DNA from: a bacterium
Lineage (GTDB): Bacteria > Zhuqueibacterota > Zhuqueibacteria > Residuimicrobiales > Krinioviventaceae
Direction of reading: 5' to 3'
Length of the DNA stretch: 64,000 nucleotides
NCBI GenBank assembly: GCA_963675755.2
Contig: CAXXMD010000003.1
Span: forward strand, 1,152,001 to 1,216,000
Shown: piece after piece, positions 49,954-60,045 of the stretch
Numbering within the stretch: the first letter of the stretch is position 1
How the letters are laid out: each line of letters opens with the position of its first letter
The notes under the pieces: model-generated
What the model was told of the DNA's origin: nothing
Seen by the model: only the letters and a program-made list of their open reading frames with translations
The model's database searches: none
Program-made: the position numbers and the translations under genes

Positions 49954-50511
49954 CTAGATTTCTAAAATCTCTTTTTCTTTAATGACAACCAACTCGTCGA
50001 TTTTTTTAACAAAATCATCGGTTAATTTTTGCACATCTTCCTGAGCGGTGTGCATTTCATCTTCAGAGATATCACTGGCTTTTTGAGATTTTTTCAATTT
50101 CTCATTAGCATCACGGCGGATGTTACGGATTGCAATTTTGCCATCTTCACCCGCTTTTTTAGCCAGTTTCACCATCGCCTGTCTGCGTTCTTCCGTGAGC
50201 TGTGGAATTGGAATTCGAATCACAATACCATCGTTTGTGGGATTAAAGCCCAAATCAGATTTCAGTATTGATTTTTCAATTTCTGAAATAAGATTTTTTT
50301 CCCATGGTTGAACAACCAGCAATCGGGGTTCTGGTGCACTGACATTGGCAACTTGCTTCAAGGGTACATTACTTCCATAGTACTCTACCTGAATGCCATC
50401 AAGAAGTGCAGGAGTAGCCTTGCCGGTACGCAGTTTTACAAAATCGCCACGTACACTTTCAACAGCAAGTTCCATTTTTTTCTTTGCTTCATTTTTGGTC
50501 GAATCAATCAT
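49954..50511 (-). CDS. frr: Ribosome recycling factor
   Basis: LRTGKATP, YYG, LTEERR, IRNIRRDAN; start at ATG 50511. Confidence 0.97.
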   Translation of the reverse strand: MIDSTKNEAKKKMELAVESVRGDFVKLRTGKATPALLDGIQVEYYGSNVPLKQVANVSAPEPRLLVVQPWEKNLISEIEKSILKSDLGFNPTNDGIVIRIPIPQLTEERRQAMVKLAKKAGEDGKIAIRNIRRDANEKLKKSQKASDISEDEMHTAQEDVQKLTDDFVKKIDELVVIKEKEILEI

Positions 50512-50512
50512 T

Positions 50513-51238
50513 TTACTCACCAATAACTTTTGTTCCAATTTTTTCGCCATAGATAACTTTTTTCAAATTACCAGGCTCTTTTAACTTAAATACCTGAATC
50601 GGTAAATTATTTTCCATACATAATGTAACAGCTGTAGTATCCATAACTCGTAAACGGCGTTGTACTACATCCATATATGTCAATTCTTCAAATTTGACAG
50701 CGTCATCATGTTTTTGTGGATCTTTATCATAAACACCGTCAACCTGTGTTGCCTTTAATATAGCATCTGCTTCTATTTCAATCGCACGCAAAGCCGCTGC
50801 TGTATCTGTAGTAAAATATGGATTTCCTGTGCCGGCTCCAAAAATTACAATTTTATTATTCGCAAGATGAGCAATGGCTCTTCTGCGAATAAAGGGTTCG
50901 GCCAGCTCTTCCATTTTAATGGCGGTCATTACACGGGTTTCAATATCGTAACGTTCCAAATAGTCCTGCAATGCCAGAGAATTAATCACTGTAGCAAGCA
51001 TTCCCATATAGTCTGCTGAAACACGATCCATTCCGCGGGCACTTGCAGAAAGACCTCTAAAAATATTTCCACCACCTACGATGATCCCAATCTGTATACC
51101 TGTGTGATAAATCTCACTAATATCTTTACATATCTGGTCTACGGTCGCAGGATCAATTCCCAGCTTTTTCGAATCGCCCATAAGAGCTTCGCCGCTGAGC
51201 TTTAACAATATGCGCTTGTATATCGGTTCTTCTGACAG
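50513..51238 (-). CDS. pyrH: UMP kinase (probable CTG or ATA start)
   Basis: [31 protein letters not shown]; the conserved N-terminus extends upstream of TTG 51208. Confidence 0.95.
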   Translation of the reverse strand: MSEEPIYKRILLKLSGEALMGDSKKLGIDPATVDQICKDISEIYHTGIQIGIIVGGGNIFRGLSASARGMDRVSADYMGMLATVINSLALQDYLERYDIETRVMTAIKMEELAEPFIRRRAIAHLANNKIVIFGAGTGNPYFTTDTAAALRAIEIEADAILKATQVDGVYDKDPQKHDDAVKFEELTYMDVVQRRLRVMDTTAVTLCMENNLPIQVFKLKEPGNLKKVIYGEKIGTKVIGE

Positions 51239-51272
51239 TATACTATTTCCTGATTTTTTTTACACTATAGTT

Positions 51273-51305
51273 AAAAAAAAGAGCAAAGATGACTCTTTGC
51301 TCTTT
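51273..51305 (-). terminator. Intrinsic terminator after tsf
   Basis: AAAGAGCAAAGA / TCTTTGCTCTTT stem with U-tract on the minus strand. Confidence 0.8.
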
Positions 51306-51310
51306 ATAAT

Positions 51311-51904
51311 TTATTCACCTAATTGAAAACGGACAAATCTTGCAATTACAATATTTTCTCCAAGTATTGCAACTGCGCCGGTCACCAAGTCTTTAATAGT
51401 TTTGTCAGGATCTTTAACAAAAGGCTGCTCAAGTAAGCAGTTTTCCTGATAAAACTTGTCCAGCTTGCCGGTTACCATTCTTTCAATGATATTTTCCGGC
51501 TTGCCTTGTTCACGTGCTTGTCCGCGATAGATTTCTAATTCTTTGTCAATCAATTCTTGAGAAACTTCTTCGCGTGTAACAACCAATGGTTTTGCCGCTG
51601 CAATATGCATTGCAACATCTTTGGCAAAATCCAGAAAATCATCATTACGAGCTACAAAGTCAGTTTCACAATTGATTTCAACCATAACACCCAATCTACT
51701 TCCGGGATGGATATAAGATTGAATAATACCTTCTTTGGCGTCTCTGCTTGCTTTTTTCTCAGCTTTTTGGAGACCTTTTTTTCTCAAATAATCTATTGCT
51801 TTTTCAATATTACCATCATTTTCAGCCAGCGCTTTTTTACAATCCATCATGCCGGCGCCAGTTTTTTCACGTAATGCTTTCACATCCGAAGCCGATATGG
51901 CCAT
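51311..51904 (-). CDS. tsf: Elongation factor Ts (short form)
   Basis: LREKTGAGMMDCKKAL, EINCETDFVA. Confidence 0.98.
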   Translation of the reverse strand: MAISASDVKALREKTGAGMMDCKKALAENDGNIEKAIDYLRKKGLQKAEKKASRDAKEGIIQSYIHPGSRLGVMVEINCETDFVARNDDFLDFAKDVAMHIAAAKPLVVTREEVSQELIDKELEIYRGQAREQGKPENIIERMVTGKLDKFYQENCLLEQPFVKDPDKTIKDLVTGAVAILGENIVIARFVRFQLGE

Positions 51905-51956
51905 GATTAATTCTCCTTGAAATTAATTTCTAAACAACTCTATTAAAAAATAGGGT

Positions 51957-52724
51957 TTATTCTTCTACTTTACCTGTCTCTTCTGCTTTGGCGTATTCTT
52001 TTTCCGAAGCTTCCGATTCAGCTATTGCCTGCTGTTCTTGTTGACCAGCTTTGCCTTCAATAATAGCATCAACTATTGTATGGGTAACCAGGTTGATGGA
52101 CTTGAACGCGTCATCATTACAGGGAATGGGAAAATCGATGGGATCAGGGTCTGTGTTGGTATCGATAATAGCAAATACCGGTATTCCCAGCTTGATAGCT
52201 TCTTTTAATGCAATACTCTCTTTTTTAGCGTCTACAATAAACATTGCAACGGGAAGATGGTTCATTTCACGAATACCACCTAAAACAGTATTGAGTTTTT
52301 CTTTTTCGCGTTCAATTGACAAAATTTCTTTTTTAGCAAGTTTGTCATAGGTACCATCAATGGCTTTTTTCTCAAGGTTTTTTAAGCGTTTTACGCTCTT
52401 TTTGATGGTAATGAAATTGGTAAGGGTTCCACCTAACCAACGTTCAGTAACATAAGGCATGTTACAACGTTCGGCTTCCAACTTTATAATATCTTTTGCT
52501 TGTTTTTTGGTTCCAACCAACAAGACTTCTCCGCCTTTGCTCACAATATCTTTGAGCTCATCACAGGCAGTCTCTAGCATTGCCAGAGATTTTTTCAAAT
52601 CGATTATATGAATGCCATTCCGTTCCATAAAAATGAATTGCTTCATTTTCGGATTCCAACGGCGGGTCAAATGCCCAAAATGACATCCTGCTAACAGCAG
52701 GTCTTGTATTTGCACTTTAGCCAT
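51957..52724 (-). CDS. rpsB: 30S ribosomal protein S2
   Basis: GCHFGH...WNPKM, RWLGGTLTN, DTNTDP. Confidence 0.98.
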   Translation of the reverse strand: MAKVQIQDLLLAGCHFGHLTRRWNPKMKQFIFMERNGIHIIDLKKSLAMLETACDELKDIVSKGGEVLLVGTKKQAKDIIKLEAERCNMPYVTERWLGGTLTNFITIKKSVKRLKNLEKKAIDGTYDKLAKKEILSIEREKEKLNTVLGGIREMNHLPVAMFIVDAKKESIALKEAIKLGIPVFAIIDTNTDPDPIDFPIPCNDDAFKSINLVTHTIVDAIIEGKAGQQEQQAIAESEASEKEYAKAEETGKVEE

Positions 52725-52743
52725 AATTTAACACCTCTCTTTT

Positions 52744-52810
52744 GGGGTTTCTTCCTCCATTTTCCCATTGTGCATCGGTATATAACACCCCAATTGGGAA
52801 AATGTGTGTG
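52744..52810 (-). ncRNA. rpsB 5' leader (t44/S2 autoregulatory RNA)
   Basis: Minus strand CACACAC-AUUUUCCCA...GGGGUG...UGGGAAAAU-GGAGG...AACCCC follows the layout of the t44 leader, including the GGGG/CCCC pseudoknot potential. Confidence 0.75.
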
Positions 52811-52819
52811 ATATAAAGA

Positions 52820-53212
52820 TTAACGTTTTGAGAACTGGAAGCGTTTTCTTGCGCCCGGTTGTCCGTATTTCTTACGTTCAACCATTCTCGGATCACGTGT
52901 CAGAAAACCATGACGACGTAAAGGAGAACGTAAATCTTCATTAGTTTTAACAAGTGCACGTGCAATGCCTAACAACAAAGCTCCTGCCTGGCCGCTTAAT
53001 CCGCCGCCATTCACAAAGGCTTTAATGTCATATTTGCCCAAATTTTCCGTAACTTCGAGGGGTTGTTCTACGATCATGCGCAAGGTATCCCGTTTCACAT
53101 AATCCATCAACTCGCGATTGTTAACGGTAAATTTTCCGCTTCCCGGTGTAAGATATACACGTGCAATGGCATTTTTTCTTCTACCGGTTGCGTAATAATA
53201 GTTTTCTTTCAT
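52820..53212 (-). CDS. rpsI: 30S ribosomal protein S9
   Basis: [28 protein letters not shown]...FSKR; start at ATG 53212. Confidence 0.98.
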   Translation of the reverse strand: MKENYYYATGRRKNAIARVYLTPGSGKFTVNNRELMDYVKRDTLRMIVEQPLEVTENLGKYDIKAFVNGGGLSGQAGALLLGIARALVKTNEDLRSPLRRHGFLTRDPRMVERKKYGQPGARKRFQFSKR

Positions 53213-53246
53213 TATTGCTCCTAAAAATCCGATCGTTTTGGTAATT

Positions 53247-53675
53247 TTACAAAGACATTGGTTCCGGAGTTTGTGCCTGATGCGGATGCTCTGCATCTGC
53301 ATAAATTTTCAGCTTTTTCAACATTTGGCGGCCCAAACGGTTATGCGGAAGCATACCGCGAACAGCTTCATGTAAAACAAACTCTGGTTTCTTTTGCATC
53401 ATGGTCTGATAAGGAGTTTCTTTCAAACCACCTGGATATCCGGAATGACGATAATACAGTTTTTGTTCTGCTTTTCTTCCGGTTACCCGTATTTTGTCAG
53501 CATTTACGATTACCACAAAATCACCAACATCCATATGTGGTGCCCAAATGGGTTTGTGCTTACCGCGTAATACATTTGCCACTTTACTGGCAACACGTCC
53601 TAATACGAGCCCCTCCGCATCAATGACGTACCATTTTCGATCTATGTCCCCCGGCTTTGGTGAATAGGTCTTCAA
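53247..53675 (-). CDS. rplM: 50S ribosomal protein L13
   Basis: [25 protein letters not shown]; TTG start at 53675 after GGGAGA. Confidence 0.98.
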   Translation of the reverse strand: MKTYSPKPGDIDRKWYVIDAEGLVLGRVASKVANVLRGKHKPIWAPHMDVGDFVVIVNADKIRVTGRKAEQKLYYRHSGYPGGLKETPYQTMMQKKPEFVLHEAVRGMLPHNRLGRQMLKKLKIYADAEHPHQAQTPEPMSL

Positions 53676-53791
53676 CGTTAAATCTCCCATTTTAATTGTT
53701 ACACAGACGAAGAAGTTACACAAAAAAAAATAAATATGCAAGAAAAATCAAAACAAGACAGGTGTGGAAGTGCTTTTAAGGCAGTATTTTT

Positions 53792-55081
53792 TCAAAAATT
53801 TGCTACTTTTCCCTTGTTTACAACACATTTTACCACTCCCTTTAGCGTTTGACCGTCCAGAGGGGTGTTTTGCGCCAGAGAATTGAGCGATTCCCGCTTG
53901 ATGGTCCGTTCTCCATCAAGATCCAGAACCGTCAAATTTGCTTTGCTTCCGGCTTTGATTACTGCTTGTTCAATTTTTAAAATTTTTCGGGGCTGAACCG
54001 TCAAAGCATGTAATGCCTGCTGCAGGGTCAGCAATCCCGGTTTTACAAGATGGGTTATCAATAAACTCAAATGCGTTTCCAAGCCAATCATACCAAAAGG
54101 TGCCGCGTCAAACTCTACATCTATCTCTTCCAGTGCAAAAGGAGAGTGATCTGTTACTATAGCATCAATAGTACCATCGGCAACTCCGGCAATCAAAGCC
54201 TTAACATCATCGGGTCTACGCATAGGTGGATTCACCTTTAGGTTCGAATCAAATGTAGCCAGGTCTTCATCCGAATATACCAGGTTATGTGCGGTAACAT
54301 CGCAGGTAATATCCAACCCTGCCTCTTTTGCCTGTCTAACCATATCCACTGAAACCGCGGTACTGACCTTTGTTAGATGTACTCGTGCGCCTGTTAATTC
54401 AGCCAGTCGGATATCCCGCGACACCAAAATCTCTTCTGCCGCATTGGGCATGGGAAGAAATCCCAAACGGGTAGACATGATACTTTCATTTATTTGACCA
54501 CGATGCGTCAACCCGGTATCTTCACAATGGTCCATGACCGGCATGTCAAACATGCTTGCATACTCCATAGCCCTGCGCATTACCGCTGAATTCAAGACAG
54601 GATGCTCATCATCAGACACAGCCACAGCGCCAGCCCGTTTGAGCTCTGCCATCTCTGTTATCTCTACACCCTGACGTTTTTTAGTAATCGCAGCTATGGG
54701 ATACACCTCAACAAGTTCGTCTTTAACCTGCTTTTTAATAAATTCTACAATCTGCTGCTTATCACAAACAGGGTCAGTATCAGCCATGGAACAGACTTCA
54801 GTAAAACCTCCCGCCATAGCAGCCGCACAAGCGCTGACCAGGGTTTCGCGGTCTTCATGACCAGGTTCACGCAGGTGCGCGTGCATATCGATTAATCCGG
54901 GAGTAATTAAACACCCCTCCGCAGATACAAGCTCACCTTTAAAACCAGAACTGTCAAACTTGCCGATTTCTTTAATAACACCATCTATAATTAACACATC
55001 TGCTTTATCACTTTTACCGGTAACCGGATCAAAAACCGATCCGCCAGCTATTAATACCTGTTTTGCTTTATTAATCAACAC
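53792..55081 (-). CDS. pyrC: Type I dihydroorotase-family protein with degenerate active site (possible PyrC')
   Basis: DMHAHLREPG, HCED, KVNPP, TDHSP; follows pyrB; several conserved ligands are substituted. Confidence 0.85.
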   Translation of the reverse strand: MLINKAKQVLIAGGSVFDPVTGKSDKADVLIIDGVIKEIGKFDSSGFKGELVSAEGCLITPGLIDMHAHLREPGHEDRETLVSACAAAMAGGFTEVCSMADTDPVCDKQQIVEFIKKQVKDELVEVYPIAAITKKRQGVEITEMAELKRAGAVAVSDDEHPVLNSAVMRRAMEYASMFDMPVMDHCEDTGLTHRGQINESIMSTRLGFLPMPNAAEEILVSRDIRLAELTGARVHLTKVSTAVSVDMVRQAKEAGLDITCDVTAHNLVYSDEDLATFDSNLKVNPPMRRPDDVKALIAGVADGTIDAIVTDHSPFALEEIDVEFDAAPFGMIGLETHLSLLITHLVKPGLLTLQQALHALTVQPRKILKIEQAVIKAGSKANLTVLDLDGERTIKRESLNSLAQNTPLDGQTLKGVVKCVVNKGKVANF

Positions 55082-55089
55082 ATGATCCT

Positions 55090-56025
55090 TTAATTTATAG
55101 GCGATGTTTCAACACCACTGAGCAGCAGCAATACCGCCATTCGAACAGCTACTCCATTGGTTACCTGTTGCAGTATCAATGAAAAATCGGAATCTGCTAC
55201 ATCACTGTCTAATTCCACTCCCCGATTAATGGGGCCCGGGTGCATAATTGTTATATCTTTGTTCGCTTTTTCAAGACGTTTTCGGGTAACGCCAAACTCG
55301 GAATGATATTCCCGTATAGAGGGAAACAGTCCTGCATCCTGCCGTTCCAGTTGAATCCTCAACACATTCAGCGCGTCAGCCCATTCGATAGCCTCATCAA
55401 TATTATAAGAGACGGTAACACCCAGATCTTCAATGCTGTTCGGGATCAGGGTTTTGGGTCCGCAGACCATAACCTCGGCACCCATGGCTTTGAGTCCAAA
55501 AATATTAGATGTTGCCACACGACCATGAGTAATATCTCCAACAATGGCAACCTTTAAGCCTTCAAGTGAGCCAAACTTTTCACGCAAAGACAACATGTCC
55601 AGCAGGGCCTGGGTTGGATGCTCATGCATGCCATCACCTGCATTAATAATTGCAGAATCTACACATTGTGTAAGGAACAACGGTACACCGGGTGTTGAAT
55701 GCCTTACAACAACCATATCTATATTCATGGCTTCAATATTACGAATAGTATCGCGCAGGGTTTCTCCCTTTTTAACAGAACTGGTAGAACTGGAGAAATT
55801 CACCGTATCCGCAGAGAGTCTTTTTTCTGCAAGTTCAAATGAAATACGTGTGCGGGTTGAAGGTTCATAAAAAAAATTGAGCACGGTTTTACCGCGTAAA
55901 GTAGGGACTTTGGGGATATCACGATTCAGGATTTCTTTGAATGATTCTGCCGTATCAAGTATTAGCTTAATATCTGCTTTTGGCACCCCTTCCAGTCCTA
56001 ATAAATGGGAAATGGACAACGACAT
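55090..56025 (-). CDS. pyrB: Aspartate carbamoyltransferase catalytic subunit
   Basis: FYEPSTRTRISF, HPTQALLD, HPGPINRG. Confidence 0.98.
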   Translation of the reverse strand: MSLSISHLLGLEGVPKADIKLILDTAESFKEILNRDIPKVPTLRGKTVLNFFYEPSTRTRISFELAEKRLSADTVNFSSSTSSVKKGETLRDTIRNIEAMNIDMVVVRHSTPGVPLFLTQCVDSAIINAGDGMHEHPTQALLDMLSLREKFGSLEGLKVAIVGDITHGRVATSNIFGLKAMGAEVMVCGPKTLIPNSIEDLGVTVSYNIDEAIEWADALNVLRIQLERQDAGLFPSIREYHSEFGVTRKRLEKANKDITIMHPGPINRGVELDSDVADSDFSLILQQVTNGVAVRMAVLLLLSGVETSPIN

Positions 56026-56582
56026 TACACTTCCTCCTTTGGGGCCTCAACCAGGTATACACTGTCTTCGGTATCATCCTCTTTTAAACGCACTTGAATT
56101 TCTTCTCCAATAGATGTCAGTATCATCTTGCCGGTATAATCCGGTTGAATGGGCAATTCCCGGTGGCCCCTGTCAACCAAAACGGCGAGTTGAATGCTTG
56201 AGGGCCGTCCAAAATCCATCAACGCGTCTAGTGCCGCACGCGATGTTCTGCCGGTAAACATGACATCATCCACAAGCACAACCTGAACATCATTGATCTC
56301 AAACGGAATTCGGGTAACCTGCACTACCGGTTGTTTCATCCTCTTTCTAAAATCATCCCGATACAGGGTAATATCAAGAATACCCAGGGGTACCTTTTTT
56401 CCCTCAATTTCTTCAATTTTGTTTACCAGACGGGTGGCAATGGTTGCACCCCTGGTTTGAATACCAACGATTACAACATTATCAACACCCTTGTTCCGCT
56501 CAATGATCTCGTGAGCAAGACGAACAATAGTACGCTGTAATCCTTCTGCATCAATAACTTTTGCTTTAATTTTTGGATTCAT
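56025..56582 (-). CDS. pyrR: PyrR pyrimidine attenuation regulator / uracil phosphoribosyltransferase
   Basis: RLAHEIIERN, LDITLYRDD, VLVDDVMFTGRT, VDRGHRELPI. Confidence 0.97.
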   Translation of the reverse strand: MNPKIKAKVIDAEGLQRTIVRLAHEIIERNKGVDNVVIVGIQTRGATIATRLVNKIEEIEGKKVPLGILDITLYRDDFRKRMKQPVVQVTRIPFEINDVQVVLVDDVMFTGRTSRAALDALMDFGRPSSIQLAVLVDRGHRELPIQPDYTGKMILTSIGEEIQVRLKEDDTEDSVYLVEAPKEEV

Positions 56583-56602
56583 ATGTTCACACTTTAATAG
56601 AC

Positions 56603-56635
56603 AAAAAAATACCTCCAGCGATAATTCGTGAAGGC
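56603..56635 (-). terminator. Terminator-like hairpin in the pyrR leader (attenuator candidate)
   Basis: GCCUUCA-CGA-AUUA-UCG-C-UGGAGGU followed by AUUUUUUU, ending 20 nt before the pyrR ATG. Confidence 0.6.
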
Positions 56636-56731
56636 CTTATTTAAGTAATTTATATTATAAATAATGTTCAACTTTTGCAAGATTTTTTTTATATTATCAG
56701 AACGAATTGCGACCATTACACAGGAGATATA

Positions 56732-57088
56732 ATGCCTTTCTATAAAAATATGTTCCATCCGGGAGAAGTTGTACTGATTTACTTTCATGACGAACCTTCT
56801 TTTTTTGCCAGAGTAGAAGACGTATCTCCTGATGTTAAAAAAGGATGGTGGCAAATGAAATTTCTGGTATTATCTATGCCATTGCAAACCGCAACCTGGA
56901 TATTGGATGATAACCAGATGCACGGCGCCAATTTTACCATGAATCAAAATCCGGTACGCATTGAACGCGTGGAAACACCTGAAGAAGATGAGCCGGCACC
57001 ATCCAAAGAAGAAAAATCAACTGAAAAAGACAAACCCAAATCTCAAAACGGTGGCCGTGTGGTTTCCATGTTTGACGACGTAGACTAG
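56732..57088 (+). CDS. Hypothetical protein
   Basis: AGGAG RBS before ATG 56732; beta-rich N-terminal half (VLIYF...FFARVE...WW...TWIL) and low-complexity tail. Confidence 0.75.
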   Translation: MPFYKNMFHPGEVVLIYFHDEPSFFARVEDVSPDVKKGWWQMKFLVLSMPLQTATWILDDNQMHGANFTMNQNPVRIERVETPEEDEPAPSKEEKSTEKDKPKSQNGGRVVSMFDDVD

Positions 57089-58773
57089 AAATTTGGCAAT
57101 GTTATATTTTCACCTTCATCGGGCCATCTTGATCGGATCTTGATTGTATCCGGGAAAATATAAAAACGTTCGGCAGCCTGATAAGGAAAAGCCCTTCCTT
57201 TGCTGTAAACATTATTATCATCTTCATCCCTGAATAGAGATAATACATAGGCCCCCGGCATCAGCTCCGTAAACCGGTAATCACCTTCTCCATCAATCCA
57301 CAATGTCTTTTCCGGTCCATTTATCATCTGCGCGGTTACCTGAAAACGACCGGTTGCCGATGTATCCGCATCCCGAACGGTTCCCGCAATTTCGCTCAAT
57401 GTATCAGGATTAATTGAATTAAACCGCTTTTGCATTAGAGTGTCTGCCAAAGGATTACCAAAATAATCTTTAACAGTTGAATCAACAGGCAATGTTACCC
57501 AATAAAAAGTTTCCGGATCCATGGGAACATCCGGTTCAAATTCTACGCTTGCACCATGCAGCCAGCTAAATGAGCCAGACAAGGTATCCCCCAGAGTATC
57601 TGCAACCACCAGGTTTTGCTCAACAGATTGCCGGTCCATTATTTCACTGAACAAAAGGGTTATGGTTGTATCTATCATTACATTCTTTGAACTGTCCGCC
57701 GGAATCATGCTGACATAATAAGGACCCGTTGTATCCGGGACTGTACTGCCCTTAAAATTCACATTTAATGTATCCGGCCCAAGTAAATGCCCGGCAAGGT
57801 CCATAGCGTGCTCAACCTTGACAAAATACATACTATCCGAAATCTGTTCCGAGGTAGTTAAATGCACCAAAAATGGAGTAGACGCATCGGGAAAGGCATC
57901 CAGAATTGTCAACGTATCAACAGGATTATAGAGTAGATAGTTACTCACGTTATACAAGCTGTCAGTTCTCATGTTTTCCGAAAACCGAATATCCACATGA
58001 TTTTGGTCCAGCGCTCCGGCACTGCGTAAAATAGGAGCAGTGGTATCTTCAAGCGCAATCCTGAAATCAAAACCATTAACAGAAGGAACCGCTTCTGACA
58101 AATCAATATCATTAAAACTAACGCCCAGCAAATCATACTCTGTATCATATTTATTGTTCATATCCCGGTCTTTGATTGCAAGCAAACGATAATGTCCAAA
58201 GGCCATGTATGACAGGTCATATTCACCGTCTTCACCTACCTGGGTAATATATAACGGAAAGTCAACAGATGGATTGGGTTCTGGAACTTCTTCCAAATCA
58301 TAAGCCCATATTTGAGTACCTTGTACCGGTGTTTTCCCGGATGCATAAACATTCCCACTGATAGAGGCAATATCCAACACCGGACCTGTGGAAAATGCAA
58401 GTGAATGCGAAGAGCGCATCTTGTTATTGCGCCGGTCCTGGGTCCCGGTTCCCACTGTTATTACATAGGTACGATTTTCAGCCAACGGTCCCGGAAAGGT
58501 GATAAATAACTGACGCCCTTTTTTCCATTTATATTGAATATTCTCGCCCGGAAACGGAGTAATGAATATAGATTCCTGGCAGGACTGCTGGTCTACCGCT
58601 TCACTAAACTCAATCATCACCCGGGTATCAACCGCAATTTGGGTTGTATCTGCTGGTGGATATGTGTTTAAAATCAAAGGTGGGCGCTTGTCCACAGGCC
58701 CACCAGGGGGATACCCCTGCTTTGCACAACCCGTAAATAAAATTATAAGCAAAAGTAGTTTAATATTTTTCAT
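57085..58773 (-). CDS. Lipoprotein with bacterial Ig-like (Big_5) domains
   Basis: FTGC lipobox followed by CAKQGYPPGGPVDKRPP; repeated DTTxP...I.FSE modules. Confidence 0.85.
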   Translation of the reverse strand: MKNIKLLLLIILFTGCAKQGYPPGGPVDKRPPLILNTYPPADTTQIAVDTRVMIEFSEAVDQQSCQESIFITPFPGENIQYKWKKGRQLFITFPGPLAENRTYVITVGTGTQDRRNNKMRSSHSLAFSTGPVLDIASISGNVYASGKTPVQGTQIWAYDLEEVPEPNPSVDFPLYITQVGEDGEYDLSYMAFGHYRLLAIKDRDMNNKYDTEYDLLGVSFNDIDLSEAVPSVNGFDFRIALEDTTAPILRSAGALDQNHVDIRFSENMRTDSLYNVSNYLLYNPVDTLTILDAFPDASTPFLVHLTTSEQISDSMYFVKVEHAMDLAGHLLGPDTLNVNFKGSTVPDTTGPYYVSMIPADSSKNVMIDTTITLLFSEIMDRQSVEQNLVVADTLGDTLSGSFSWLHGASVEFEPDVPMDPETFYWVTLPVDSTVKDYFGNPLADTLMQKRFNSINPDTLSEIAGTVRDADTSATGRFQVTAQMINGPEKTLWIDGEGDYRFTELMPGAYVLSLFRDEDDNNVYSKGRAFPYQAAERFYIFPDTIKIRSRWPDEGENITLPNF

Positions 58774-58986
58774 GAACAAAATTATTGATAAAAAGCTGCA
58801 ATAACAAGATGTTTTTCATATATGATACAATTGGACACTAGAAATGTTTCATAAAATACACATATTGTAAACTATCATTCACAAGCAGCTTCGTAAGTTC
58901 TTAAAAAACAACAGGCTTATTTTTTGCAGTTTCGGCCTGAAATTTGCTAATTAATTTTTGATGTAGTAGATCAAATTCATGGAAGT

Positions 58987-59916
58987 ATGATGAGAGCATA
59001 TAAACATATTATAATTTTCTTTTTCTTTATAACAGCTTCACTTGTTATTGCCAAAACTGAGGGAACCGGTTCTTCTACTATTATTTGGGACCCGGTAACT
59101 ACAGATATAAACGGTGACCCTGAAACCGGTACTATTTATTATTATATCTATTGCCAGGAAACCCTGTCTTATCCCCCATTGGAATCTGAAATTGTGGGCA
59201 CAACAACAAACGCGGCATTTGTACATTATGATGACCGCCTTTTGGATCCGCAAGTAACCCTCTATTATACAGTAACTGCTGTTGACGAATTTGGGAACGA
59301 ATCTCCCCTGGGTGAAGAACAAACTTTGCCGGTTGAGCTTTCTTCGTTAGAGTTGGAACTGCTTGAAGGTAAAGTTCAGATCGAATGGAATGTACACAGT
59401 GAACAGGATATGTTGGGATACAACGTACTACGTTCAGAGACCAAAGATGGTAGCTATGAAAAAATAAACACAACTATTATACAAAGCAGTAACAGTACAA
59501 CATTAAAAAAATACTCTTTTATCGATGAAAAACCGGAACTGTTTAAAACGTATTACTATAAACTATTATGCCTGAATATTGATGGCACCACACAAATATT
59601 TGGCCCACAGGAAATTCTGGTAGACAAAGGACTGCCCGAAACATTTCTAGTGGCTCAAAATTACCCCAACCCATTTAATCCTGTAACAACCATCATGTAT
59701 GCACTGCCAGAAGCTTCTCCGGTACATATTTCTATATTTAATCTGCAGGGTAAACATGTAGCCACCCTGGTAGATGCAGAAAAACCTGCGGGCACCCATG
59801 CAGTATCGTGGTCAGGACTTAATGATAATCATGTCAAAGTTGCATCGGGCGTTTATTTTTATAAAATGTCAGCTCCAGGATTTAAACAAGTCAAAAAGAT
59901 GATCATCACAAAATAA
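58987..59916 (+). CDS. Secreted Fn3-like protein with FlgD/T9SS-like C-terminal domain
   Basis: Signal peptide; YYTVTAVDEFGNES; LPVELSS; QNYPNPFNP...SGVYFYKM. Confidence 0.85.
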   Translation: MMRAYKHIIIFFFFITASLVIAKTEGTGSSTIIWDPVTTDINGDPETGTIYYYIYCQETLSYPPLESEIVGTTTNAAFVHYDDRLLDPQVTLYYTVTAVDEFGNESPLGEEQTLPVELSSLELELLEGKVQIEWNVHSEQDMLGYNVLRSETKDGSYEKINTTIIQSSNSTTLKKYSFIDEKPELFKTYYYKLLCLNIDGTTQIFGPQEILVDKGLPETFLVAQNYPNPFNPVTTIMYALPEASPVHISIFNLQGKHVATLVDAEKPAGTHAVSWSGLNDNHVKVASGVYFYKMSAPGFKQVKKMIITK

Positions 59917-60045
59917 ATACCCAAAAATCACCACGGGGTCAGTAATTTGGTGTGAACTAACCTTTACAAAAAATAAAATCCTTGATTTTTAGCAAAACAA
60001 ACTGTACCATAAAGTTTAGTCTTTTTTGTATTATTATGATATCAG

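Noticed and set aside
56594-56854. 86-aa ORF upstream of pyrR
   Set aside because: It overlaps the promoter region and the better supported plus-strand gene at 56732.
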